A DNA stretch of 16,375 nucleotides from an uncultured Gemmatimonadota bacterium (GTDB lineage Bacteria; SM23-81; DAOVCL01). The translations under genes and the position numbers were made by a program. The stretch covers positions 1-16,375 of the forward strand of contig CAZVGK010000049.1 of the NCBI GenBank assembly GCA_964626665.1. The letters run 5' to 3'. The notes beneath the pieces were generated by a model. The model saw only the letters and a program-made list of their open reading frames with translations, ran no database searches and was not told the origin of the DNA. Positions 7,243 to 15,913 of this stretch are shown piece by piece. Numbering within the stretch: the stretch's first letter is position 1; the number at the start of each line of letters is the position of its first letter.

Positions 7243-7302
7243 AGCATCTCCCCTGCCGCGGACTTCCCCTAAATCCGCGGCATCAACTCAAATAATGTGC
7301 AG

Positions 7303-7406
7303 AAACACCGAAATTACCGAAATATCAGGAAGCTATAAAAACGGTAGTCCATTTTTTAAATGAACATCTGGGGGCTTGTGTAATTTTTCAGTGATCTTCG
7401 GTGTTT
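7303..7406. repeat. Short element bounded by a 10-bp inverted repeat
   Basis: aaacaccgaa (7303-7312) / ttcggtgttt (7397-7406), with degenerate inner repeats of the same unit. Confidence 0.5.
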
Positions 7407-7421
7407 AATCATAATCTATGG

Positions 7422-8558
7422 TCAGCTATCCCATCTCTCCTCCACCCTTATCCCCATCCTGCCCAGCTCCTGGCAGAACTCCTCAGGGGGGACGGAGAGC
7501 TCCTGGGGGAGCACCCCCATCTGGTTTATCCGGCCAGAGCCGAGCATCTGGGCCACTATCGAGGCCGAGAAGGCGGTTGTCCGCATCATCGCCGAGAGGC
7601 CGGTCTGAGGGTCAAAAAGATCAACCATCTCATAGCTAAGCTTCTTCCCCTTCCCCTGCAGGGTTACCCTCAAAAGCACCACATCGGGCCCGGAGGTGGG
7701 CAGATGGGAAAAGAGTAAGGTTTCCAGCAAGTCCCTGGGGATAACCTCTCGGCCATCGACTATAACTGGCTCTGAGCTTGCCAATCCCAAATCAGTCATT
7801 GCTTTCATTATCTGGCAGTGGCCGGGATACCTGATGGTTTTGTAATCAAGCTTTCTTATCCTTCCCTGATAGGTAAAGGGGAGGGTTGATGTTCCCCCCG
7901 ATGTCTGGAAGGCCTCCAACCTCCCCCAGGGGGGTGGAAAGTTAATCTCCTCAACCTCGGTAAGGGGCGCAACCTGGATGAGTTGGCCATCCCTGAGGAC
8001 AAGACAGGGCTCTATATACTCGTTTATCAGACCAGAAACGGCAAAGCTGAGCATATAATTTAGGGGAGGCAATGGGTTCTGGGGGAGGCCGCCAACTCTG
8101 ATGTGCACCTCAGCAACCTCTTTAAGCCTCTCCATCCCTAAGGCCACTAGGATGCTGACCATCCCTGGGGCCAGACCGCAATCGGGGACTATGGTCACCC
8201 CCGCCTTCTTGGCCTCGGCAGAAAGGGCCAGCTCCCCTTTTACCACCTCTATATTTCCCCCCAGATCACAGAGGTTAGTCCTGGCCTGAATGGCATACTT
8301 GGCAACCATTAGGTTAAACCTATAGGGCAAGCAAGATATTGCCGCGTCACAATCTCTAAGCAACCCAACCATCTCCTCGGAGCTCTCAGCATCTGCCATA
8401 ACCGGTTTCACCTTAGGGCTCTTTAACCACTCAGCCAGATCCTGGGCCTGGCCCCTTCGGTTGTCCACAAGCAAAACCTCCTCTACCTGCGGGGAGCGCA
8501 CCAGGTCAAAGGCAGCCCCCCTCCCCATAAGTCCACTCCCCAAAACGGCTATCCTCAA
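7422..8558 (-). CDS. Saccharopine dehydrogenase / lysine 6-dehydrogenase-like oxidoreductase
   Basis: VLGSGLMG Rossmann motif, LCDLGGN, PDCGLAPG, VGGLPQNP, GLINEY, KTIRYPGH, SAMMRTT; SD GAGGAGG before TTG. Confidence 0.9.
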   Translation of the reverse strand: MRIAVLGSGLMGRGAAFDLVRSPQVEEVLLVDNRRGQAQDLAEWLKSPKVKPVMADAESSEEMVGLLRDCDAAISCLPYRFNLMVAKYAIQARTNLCDLGGNIEVVKGELALSAEAKKAGVTIVPDCGLAPGMVSILVALGMERLKEVAEVHIRVGGLPQNPLPPLNYMLSFAVSGLINEYIEPCLVLRDGQLIQVAPLTEVEEINFPPPWGRLEAFQTSGGTSTLPFTYQGRIRKLDYKTIRYPGHCQIMKAMTDLGLASSEPVIVDGREVIPRDLLETLLFSHLPTSGPDVVLLRVTLQGKGKKLSYEMVDLFDPQTGLSAMMRTTAFSASIVAQMLGSGRINQMGVLPQELSVPPEEFCQELGRMGIRVEERWDS

Positions 8559-8654
8559 ATCTCCTCCTCTTTAATATTTTTAAGCCACCAATGGTGAATT
8601 CTTACCATTGATAATTGCTCATCTTGCCTTGCCAATTGATAATTTTGTTTCCCC

Positions 8655-8960
8655 TTACCACTGGCTCTTCTTCCCATGCCTGTAAGGCCTTCCCTTGTTC
8701 ACCTCCATCTTCCTCCTTATCTCCCCCTCTATATCCAGGCCTATGCTGCCGCAGATGTCCAAAAGCCTAATAAAGGTGTCGGCCACCTCCTCGGCAAAAC
8801 CCTCTCTGTTCTCCTCCCGCACCGCCTCAGCGGCCTCGGCCACCTCGGTAACTACCAGCATAAGCTTAGCCAACATCCCCTCCCAGTTGGTCACAAACCC
8901 CTTCTCCTCCCGCCAACGGGCAACCTCCTGGGCCAAACTGTTCAGCTCACCCAAATTCAC
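8655..8960 (-). CDS. MazG-like nucleotide pyrophosphohydrolase (all-alpha NTP-PPase)
   Basis: TEVAEAAEA...EEVAD acidic motifs and KMEVNKGRPYRHGK tail; SD GAGGAGG before GTG. Confidence 0.85.
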   Translation of the reverse strand: MNLGELNSLAQEVARWREEKGFVTNWEGMLAKLMLVVTEVAEAAEAVREENREGFAEEVADTFIRLLDICGSIGLDIEGEIRRKMEVNKGRPYRHGKKSQW

Positions 8961-9011
8961 ACCTCCTCAGAATTCCATGGCCGGCCTCATCAGGCACGGT
9001 TAGGGAAGAGC

Positions 9012-9989
9012 CTATTGCCTCCGCACCTTTTCGACATACTCCCCCGCGGAAACTGCGGCCACTGCCCCATCGCCGATTGCCGTGGCCACCTGCCGTATCT
9101 CCTTCTCCCGCACATCGCCGGCGGCGAAGACCCCGGGGACAGAAGCCTGCAGTTTCTCATCAACAACCACATACCCCCAATCATTGAGCTTGAGCTCACT
9201 TTTCAAAAATTCGATATTGGGGATCAACCCCACATAGACGAAGACCCCGCTGACCGGTATCTCCTTGCGCTGACCGCTCTCTCTATCCTTCACCGTAACA
9301 CTTTGAACGGTCATCTCCCCATTGATAGAGAGAAGCTGATGGTTGAGGTAAAAACTTACATTTTTATAGTCCTTTATCCGAGCCTGCAGAATCTTCTCGG
9401 CCTGGATGGTGGGCAAAAACTCCACAAACGAGAGCGACTTGACAAACTTCAGGATGAAAAGCCCCTCTTGCAGGCCTGAATTGCCGCAGCCGATAACGGC
9501 AATGTCCTGTCCAGAGAAGATGGGTCCATCACAGGTGGCACAATAAGAGACCCCTCTCCCCTTGAACTCCCTCTCCCCGGGGACACCCAATGACTTGGGG
9601 GAGGTGCCTGTAGCTACAATCACGGAAGTCGCCTCTATCCCCTTTCCATCTACAACAACCTTTTTCGGATTTCCCTTTAACTCCACCCGGTCAATAGCCC
9701 CTTGGTATATCTGGGCACCGAACTTCTTGGTCTGTTCTTCCATCCTTTGGGCAAGAACCGCCCCACTTACCCCCTCCGGGAACCCCGGGTAGTTCTCCAC
9801 AACATCAGTGGAAGCTATCTCCCCCCCAATGACCTCCTTTTCCACCACCAAGGTCTTCAGATGGGCCCTGGCCCCATAGATGGCTGAGGTCAACCCCGCT
9901 GGCCCAGCGCCCAGGATGACCAGATCATATTGGTCCTCAAGTTCTGTGGGGCCTGACTCCTTTTTTACTGAAAAAGAGAATTCCTCCAT
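9012..9989 (-). CDS. trxB: Thioredoxin-disulfide reductase
   Basis: GAGPAG FAD motif, VENYPGF, GVSYCATCDG (CxxC), GVFAAGD; start reassigned to ATG 9989 behind AGGAGG. Confidence 0.9.
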   Translation of the reverse strand: MEEFSFSVKKESGPTELEDQYDLVILGAGPAGLTSAIYGARAHLKTLVVEKEVIGGEIASTDVVENYPGFPEGVSGAVLAQRMEEQTKKFGAQIYQGAIDRVELKGNPKKVVVDGKGIEATSVIVATGTSPKSLGVPGEREFKGRGVSYCATCDGPIFSGQDIAVIGCGNSGLQEGLFILKFVKSLSFVEFLPTIQAEKILQARIKDYKNVSFYLNHQLLSINGEMTVQSVTVKDRESGQRKEIPVSGVFVYVGLIPNIEFLKSELKLNDWGYVVVDEKLQASVPGVFAAGDVREKEIRQVATAIGDGAVAAVSAGEYVEKVRRQ

Positions 9990-10040
9990 TGTTCCTCCTA
10001 TCTTGGATACAAGTTTTCCTTTCACATCTTTTAATTTAGC

Positions 10041-10110
10041 GAAGCTTCGCCTTCCCGGCCCGGGACGGGCAAACCGTCCAGCTACGGCAGTATAAACTGG
10101 GCGAAGCTTC
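10041..10110. repeat. 11-bp inverted repeat enclosing a GTAG-type REP hairpin
   Basis: gaagcttcgcc / ggcgaagcttc flank ggacgg-gcaaa-ccgtcc-agctac. Confidence 0.6.
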
Positions 10111-10120
10111 GAATGTAAAA

Positions 10121-10226
10121 TTCACCCCGTTAAATATTTGCTTGTTTCCAAAGGTTGAAGCCTTCTTCTAATGACCTTGTTTCACTTCTAATTTCTTTGC
10201 TTGGACTCACTATTTAACGGGGTGAA
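10121..10226. mobile_element. 106-bp MITE-like element with perfect 16-bp terminal inverted repeats
   Basis: ttcaccccgttaaata (10121-10136) / tatttaacggggtgaa (10211-10226); gaatgta lies on both sides (10111-10117, 10227-10233). Confidence 0.7.
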
Positions 10227-10462
10227 GAATGTAGAATTAAGAATGAAAAAACCTAAAGCCAAGGGGCCTGGGACTAAGCTCATAGGCTACATCTTTCTTC
10301 CTGCCCCCAAAACTTGACACAAATTTTAAGATCTTGCCTTATGAAGACGGCTAGAGCCAGATCAGGATGAGGCTTATCTGGTATCGCTTACCTACTGTAG
10401 GCTGATGCAGTGTTAGCCCCAAGAACGGGTTGCTCCTTAAGCAAGTTTATCTACCCTTTCCA

Positions 10463-11209
10463 TCAAACTCCCCTTTTCTCTGCAACCAGATAAAGCCTCG
10501 GCGATCCCAGTTTGAATGGTTCCCGATTCAATGAGCCATACCCTTCACAGATCGCAAAGCCAACTTCTTCAAACAACTGGCAAAGCTGGCGGTAGGTGTA
10601 TATCCGCACTGAACTCGCTCTCTTCGTAGTTCTGCCTGACTTAACCAATGTCATTTCCACATCAACCCGACTATGTAGGTGATCATAGCATCGCTCTTGG
10701 AACATTAGGATATCCCCCACTCGCTGCCAGTCGCGCCCCTGAAATCTGGGAAGAAGTGATTCGGCGATGTGGATATCTAAAAGAAACCTGGCCCCTGGTT
10801 GGAGAGCGCGGGCAACAGCCTGCAAAAAACCTCGGTTGCCGATCTCATCGAAGTAGCCAAAGCTTCCCCAAAAGCAAAAAGCGTCATCGAATTCCTCTTG
10901 CCAGGGGAGATCACGCATATCCCGATGTTCCCACACAACTTCCAATTGTTGTTTAGCCGCCTTGCGTCGCGCATCGTTCAGTAAAGGCAGTGTGATGTCC
11001 ACCCCCGTAACTTGATAACCACGCGAGGCCAATTCAAGGGAGAGCCTGCCATTGCCACAGGGCACATCGAGTATTTTGGCCCGTGGGCTAAGCCGCAGCA
11101 CCTTCTGGATAAAATCTGCCTCAGCACCTGTCTGCCCCTCAGTCTTGCCCTGTCGGAGAACATCCAAAAAAAGACCCGAGAAGTAACTTTCCCACCACTC
11201 TGTACGCAT
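10463..11209 (-). CDS. Class I SAM-dependent methyltransferase
   Basis: ILDVPCGNGR motif I, VTGVD, DMRDLP, GSFGYF, ALQPGARFLLD, VRIYT. Confidence 0.92.
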   Translation of the reverse strand: MRTEWWESYFSGLFLDVLRQGKTEGQTGAEADFIQKVLRLSPRAKILDVPCGNGRLSLELASRGYQVTGVDITLPLLNDARRKAAKQQLEVVWEHRDMRDLPWQEEFDDAFCFWGSFGYFDEIGNRGFLQAVARALQPGARFLLDIHIAESLLPRFQGRDWQRVGDILMFQERCYDHLHSRVDVEMTLVKSGRTTKRASSVRIYTYRQLCQLFEEVGFAICEGYGSLNREPFKLGSPRLYLVAEKRGV

Positions 11210-11302
11210 TTTTATTAGCCAAGATAGACGGGATGATCAAGATAAATAAAAATCCTGTTCATCCTGTCAGAAAAGTCCCGCGGATTACAGCTAAGTTTGT
11301 CT

Positions 11303-11785
11303 TTATTCAGGGACATAGGAAAAGTGCCCATGGATGATCCTCCACTCATCTCCTTTTTTCAGGTAGATGAGGGTAACTCGACTTGGTATGGCCTTTTCCC
11401 CTTCATATTCGTCACGCATAGAGACGCTATATGCTACCTCTGGTGAAAGGATGTATACTTTCGTTTCGTAAAACCGCTGTTTATTCCCAGGTTTTCCCTG
11501 CATTCGCATCCAGTTGCCAATTGCGGTAAAAGTCTGGGCTCCAAAGGGTTTAGGCCTGTCGTTCTCGATCTCGGAGAAATGGGGATCATCCTTCCAGAAC
11601 AGACTATCCAGCAGATCAGCATCAGCGGCCCCGACGGCCTGAACATATGTATCGATGATCTTCAGAATCTTGCTTTGCTCCTCTCGTACATCCACTTTTC
11701 CCCCTACTTTGTCAGACTGACACCCAACGAGCAAACCCCCCATTAATACTATCACCGCCACAAACACTTTCCAACTCTGAATCAT
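11303..11785 (-). CDS. NTF2/SnoaL-like domain lipoprotein
   Basis: Lipobox LLVGC; SRVTLIYLKKGDEWRIIHGHFS C-terminus typical of NTF2-like folds; SD AAGGAGG. Confidence 0.8.
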   Translation of the reverse strand: MIQSWKVFVAVIVLMGGLLVGCQSDKVGGKVDVREEQSKILKIIDTYVQAVGAADADLLDSLFWKDDPHFSEIENDRPKPFGAQTFTAIGNWMRMQGKPGNKQRFYETKVYILSPEVAYSVSMRDEYEGEKAIPSRVTLIYLKKGDEWRIIHGHFSYVPE

Positions 11786-11907
11786 GTTTTCCTCCTTCTG
11801 AGAGATCGTCTGTTAACCCTCCTCAGTTACATAACCCGCTTGACGAAGGGGGGTATCTCCCTGGTCTGGGATTCTATTGCAGTAACCATCGGGTCGCCGG
11901 TCGGTTG

Positions 11908-12641
11908 CTACTCGCAAAACAAATATGGTAGCACGCATCCTGTGATGAATCTCCCAGCCTCAGAGCACAGGAAGGCAACGCCTTCAGTAACATCCTGGGG
12001 CGAAATATTAGTCCGTTTTTGCCAGGCCGCTCCGTGGTGACACTGCTCAATGGCTCCCTTTAAGCCTTTGATCGCAGGTACAGGACCGGGGGCGATGATG
12101 TTGATGGTCACTTCGTTACGCCACGCTTGATCCTGAGCCAGTAGCATCGCCTGCACCCTGGCTGCTTTACCAACATTGTAGGAGTAAGCCGGCGGCAGTT
12201 TTGTCGGATGCAGAGCTATACCAATAAGCCTTCCCCATCTCCGCCTATACATACCCGACAGGACAAGAGGCATCAAGTAGAAAAGCGGTGCAATCTCGTG
12301 GTGAAGATCCTCAATTGCGGCGGCTGGATCAAGTCTGTCGATCGGTTCTGGATGCCAGCCGCCGCCAGGACCAATGATATAGATATCGATTTGCCCAAAC
12401 CGTTGGCTGGCTGCATTAACCAGCTTTTTACACCCGTCGGCTTCAAAGACATCAGCCTCTATGGCGATTGCACTGCCGCCACTACTCTTGATGTGGTCAA
12501 CAATCGCCTTGGCGCTCTCCTCGCTCTGCGATAGTTTACAATGATCTTTGCCCCTTCACGAGCCAGTGTAAGTGCGATGCTGCGGCCCATACCACTGCCC
12601 GCAGCTCCTGTGGCAATTGCTACCTTGCCCTCACATGTCAT
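11908..12641 (-). pseudogene. Short-chain dehydrogenase/reductase split by a 1-nt frameshift near 12527
   Basis: MTCEGKVAIATGAAGSGMGRSIA...VNYR; after the shift SEESAKAIVDHIKSSGGSAIAIEADVF...GQIDI runs into the 11908-12276 ORF, which has YNVGK (YxxxK), INIIAPG and FITG. Confidence 0.85.
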
Positions 12642-12867
12642 GCTCACATCTTCCTTCACATCTTCTTTTCGGATCTTGAAAATTGGTTTTGCTGTTGGCT
12701 TGCACCGAAAAGCAAGCTTAACTACACCTTGGCTCAGGGGCATACCAGCGGCATTCAACTCATCGTTCTTCGGGATACATCACTTATCCGATAAAAGGAT
12801 GGCATATCTGAAAGAGCTGGGTAAGGCCCGTTTATACCCCTAATGTCAGATGAAGTCAAAAACCATT

Positions 12868-13587
12868 CTATCCAATGGGCACATTCTCGGACGTCTCTTT
12901 TGTCATAACAACTGCATGATAGAGGGAAGCGGAGGCCAGGCCAATCCACATATTTGCCACAATGATCCCCACCCCAAAACAGAGCAGTCCTGCTATAGAA
13001 ATGGGAATTGCCAATAAGCCAATGAGAAATATCCTCCCAGCATACCCTCTGGTCATCTCCCAACTCGCCTTGACTGCCTCAATGGCCTCCATCTTCCCTT
13101 CTACAACCAGGTAGGGCACAAAGGCCAGCTTGCAGGCGAATATGATGCCAGGCACTATGAGAAAAACAACTCCTATCCCCACAATCACAGCAACAAGTAA
13201 ATTTGCTAAGATGGCGTTTAGCCAATTTTGAAAAACATCAAACATATCCTTGACTTTTAGATTGTCACCTCTCGCTGCTTTAAGGTAGGCAAACGAAACA
13301 CCATACTCTATGGGCCAGGCAAGCAAAATGACATAAGGCAAGGCCAAGATAATAAAGAATATAGCCCCAATACCACCCTTTCTGGCGACAGAAAATGCAT
13401 AAATGGGGAGATAGATGAGGAAAGAGATGATGGTTATGAGCAGTAACTCTAAGATGTATTTCCATAGTTTCTGCCACCCATTCCGGTAACACGCACCCAC
13501 TTCAGGCGCCCATCCGGGAGCTACTTGACCGATCTGTTCATTCGTTTCAGCCGGTTTCACCTCCTCTGGTTTAACAAAATTAACCAC
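12868..13587 (-). CDS. Multi-pass membrane protein (DUF975-like); start uncertain
   Basis: Several hydrophobic helices; FLIVPGII...FVPYLVVE...AIEAVKASWEMTRG...GLLCFGVG pattern. Confidence 0.75.
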   Translation of the reverse strand: MVNFVKPEEVKPAETNEQIGQVAPGWAPEVGACYRNGWQKLWKYILELLLITIISFLIYLPIYAFSVARKGGIGAIFFIILALPYVILLAWPIEYGVSFAYLKAARGDNLKVKDMFDVFQNWLNAILANLLVAVIVGIGVVFLIVPGIIFACKLAFVPYLVVEGKMEAIEAVKASWEMTRGYAGRIFLIGLLAIPISIAGLLCFGVGIIVANMWIGLASASLYHAVVMTKETSENVPIG

Positions 13588-13689
13588 TTTTTATGTCTGA
13601 TAGACTAAATGCCCTTCCTATTCGTGTAATCATCCTCGGAGAGGACCGAGCAACCTCAGGGTCTTGAACCCGCTCCCACAGCCTCCCCG

Positions 13690-13986
13690 TTAACCAGGTA
13701 TCCAGATCTTCTTCGCTAAAATCAGTTCCACGCTCGGCCTAAACGAAAGCTCAGAGGGAGATTTCGTATAAAAAATAAGTCCCTTATATGCTGTAAGGTA
13801 TTTATAGCCCTTGGATAAAAAACCCCCTACGGCCCGCACTACCAATGGCGCATCCACCTTAGCAGCGATTTTCTGGAAGGCATCTGGCTCCACCTTCACA
13901 ATCGCTCCGCTTGCCTTAATTGCATTGGCAATAGCCGCCCCCACAGCTCCGGCCCCGGCTGCTCCTGCATAAGCCCCGTTACTCAT
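13690..13986 (-). CDS. Hypothetical protein (98 aa, Ala/Gly-rich N-terminus)
   Basis: ATG 13986 behind GGAGGTGAG; AIANAIKASGAIVKVEP...YKYLTAYKGLIFYTKS...AKKIWIPG. Confidence 0.75.
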   Translation of the reverse strand: MSNGAYAGAAGAGAVGAAIANAIKASGAIVKVEPDAFQKIAAKVDAPLVVRAVGGFLSKGYKYLTAYKGLIFYTKSPSELSFRPSVELILAKKIWIPG

Positions 13987-14124
13987 AAAGCTCACCTCCC
14001 ATCGTTGTCTTGAATATGGCGATCTATAACTATGTGCATTGCTAAAGTGACCGAAAGCCAATTCAGCAGGTGCTCTAACCCCGAACCTGCATTGCACCAT
14101 TAGGTTTATCTATCCAATTGCAGC

Positions 14125-14284
14125 TTATTTCATATTCTCTCTCCACCTCCGAGGATCTCTGCAGATTAAGAAGGCCCAGCGGCCAAATTCACCGTGATGA
14201 TTCACTGTTCGTATCCACCGCTTTACCACCCCTTCTTTCTGCCGATCCTGCTCTGTCTCAAATCTTCTTCACCTCCAGAACGAG
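14125..14284 (-). pseudogene. 3'-terminal fragment of a type III restriction endonuclease (Res-like) gene, copy 1, frameshifted
   Basis: LVLEVK/(1-nt insertion)/FETEQDRQKEGVVKRWIRTVNHHGEFGRWAFLICRDPRRWRENMK*; direct repeat of 15914-16087. Confidence 0.7.
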
Positions 14285-14319
14285 CCTATTTCGCCAACCT
14301 CGCCACCGCGTGAAGAGAT

Positions 14320-15117
14320 TTAAGCTCCACTTCCCCAAGCAAGCCAAATCAAAACTAACGGCTTGTTGCCTTCTGTCCAAACAACATGGTCTGAGTCTGG
14401 GGGAATGTAATAAGACTCTCCCGCTTTTACCTTGATAGTTTTGTCTCCGATCTTTGCAAAACCTTCACCTTCTATGAAAATAAAGGCCTGAGGGAAGGGG
14501 TTGGTATCTCCCGGTTCATTTAATTTCTCCCTCTTTTTCAAGAGATACCAACCACTGCGGGATCCCGGATGATAATATAAAGGTATAACATGTCCACCGT
14601 GCACAACACGAGAGTACTCCTCTCCCAATAAGATCTTTTCTGGGACCGATGGATTGAAAAAGTGATAAAGAAAGGTGTAAAGCTGTGTTCTAACTTCTGG
14701 AGTGAATTCCAATCCCTCAGCCAATTTTAGGTCTAAGGGAGGAAGATCAGAACCCCTTGCTTTACCTGCTGCTGTCATTGCCGTTATCTTACCATCGTAG
14801 ATAAGACGTAGTGTGTCAATGGTGGTAACAAAGAAGAGACGAGCCTGTTTGTGTGGGCCTTGACCGACGACAACTCTCCGTCCCTTTTCAACAATCACGT
14901 GCCAAGATTCTTCCCTGTCCTTGATGTCAAACTGGACTATCAGTGAGAACTCCTCATCAATCTTATTCTTGAAGTTTCCTCCCATCATGCGAAGCATCTT
15001 ACCCGCATCAAGCATTTCGAGATTTGTAGATTGTCCGCAAGTTATTACCACAAAGAAAAACTGAGATACAAACAACAGTAAAGCTAATTGCAAAACATAT
15101 ATAAGGGACAACTTCAT
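14320..15117 (-). CDS. Exported protein with SCP2-like N-terminal domain and C-terminal cupin domain
   Basis: Hydrophobic signal; IVQFDIKD..SWHV...LRLIYDGKITAMTA (SCP2-like); FIFIEGEG...VKAGESYYIPPDSDHVVW...LVLIW (cupin). Confidence 0.75.
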   Translation of the reverse strand: MKLSLIYVLQLALLLFVSQFFFVVITCGQSTNLEMLDAGKMLRMMGGNFKNKIDEEFSLIVQFDIKDREESWHVIVEKGRRVVVGQGPHKQARLFFVTTIDTLRLIYDGKITAMTAAGKARGSDLPPLDLKLAEGLEFTPEVRTQLYTFLYHFFNPSVPEKILLGEEYSRVVHGGHVIPLYYHPGSRSGWYLLKKREKLNEPGDTNPFPQAFIFIEGEGFAKIGDKTIKVKAGESYYIPPDSDHVVWTEGNKPLVLIWLAWGSGA

Positions 15118-15158
15118 TGGTCCCCCTTTCCAGTAATTTCGGCCAATGTGTCGCCAAC

Positions 15159-15533
15159 TTACTCTCCGCCAAAGGGAAGCGCACGAATGCGGATTCTGGT
15201 ATGTTCAAAGCCAACAACACTCCCTTTCTCGAGAGACTTGTTGATGGCAGGAAGGTTAGCCAACAGTAGAGCCAACTGCTGCTTAGGATGTCGCTCTGTA
15301 CCTCGGCGGAAAAGAATGAGGGACGGTTTGCTTTCTCTTGGCAACGCCAGTAGCGTCCCAAAGTCAGTGTCCGCGGAGATAAGAACCCGATCCTCTGTCA
15401 GGGCTCTGGCAAAGACTACCTCATCTTCTGCTGCCTGCATTTTGTAATCGCGCACTTGTGCCGAATCATACCCGGCTTGCCTTAAGCCTTCTGCCACCAT
15501 AGGGGATAAGGCACTGTCCACCAAGAATTTCAC
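15159..15533 (-). CDS. DUF5615 PIN-like (VapC45-type) putative toxin
   Basis: [11 protein letters not shown]...[13 protein letters not shown]...PSLILFR...IRIRALP; GTGA overlap with DUF433. Confidence 0.9.
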   Translation of the reverse strand: MKFLVDSALSPMVAEGLRQAGYDSAQVRDYKMQAAEDEVVFARALTEDRVLISADTDFGTLLALPRESKPSLILFRRGTERHPKQQLALLLANLPAINKSLEKGSVVGFEHTRIRIRALPFGGE

Positions 15534-15760
15534 GATGCTGTTACCAAGGGTAGTTCACGCTCCCGCACAGCTGCTGCGGCGTATTGAAGCGCCTCGCGAA
15601 TGTCCTCGCGTTTCAGGTCAGGAAATGTCCTGAGAATCTCCCCTTCGGTCATCCCCTCAGCCACCATGCCCACAACCGTTGCCACGGGGACACGCAACCC
15701 GCGAATACAGGGCACACCTCCCATTTGCTTAGGATTGATAGTAATCCTTGTAAATTTTAC
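15530..15760 (-). CDS. DUF433 putative antitoxin; the expected start codon position reads GTA
   Basis: AGGAGG-8nt-GTA AAA TTT ACA AGG ATT ([26 protein letters not shown]...EALQYAA); first ATG is at 15724. Confidence 0.8.
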   Translation of the reverse strand, partial: VKFTRITINPKQMGGVPCIRGLRVPVATVVGMVAEGMTEGEILRTFPDLKREDIREALQYAAAAVRERELPLVTAS

Positions 15761-15913
15761 TTCGTTTACCTCCTGTTTGAATAGATACTTTTGTAATGCT
15801 ATCGTTCCACCACTTCATTCCCCCCAAAATCTATTCGTGCGTGCTGACCTTGAACGAAGCTCAGTCTCTCTAACTACATCAGGTTTTAGAATGGCTGAGC
15901 CCTCAGCAATATC

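Noticed and set aside
8676-9479. 267-aa plus-strand ORF and other antisense ORFs over the core genes
   Set aside because: Shadow frames opposite well-supported genes, with His/Leu/Pro-rich composition typical of antisense translation
10064-10090. GGGCAAACCGTCC as the start of a plus-strand c-di-GMP-I riboswitch
   Set aside because: Not followed by GAAA...GACGCAAAG; better explained as a GTAG-REP hairpin on the minus strand
10313-10345. Plus-strand TTGACA promoter
   Set aside because: No -10 hexamer at 16-18 nt spacing and no plus-strand gene downstream
13655-13682. GCGGGTTCAAGACCC as a tRNA T-arm or attachment-site remnant
   Set aside because: No cloverleaf or acceptor stem; the GTGGGAGCGGG start fits a partial REP-like hairpin
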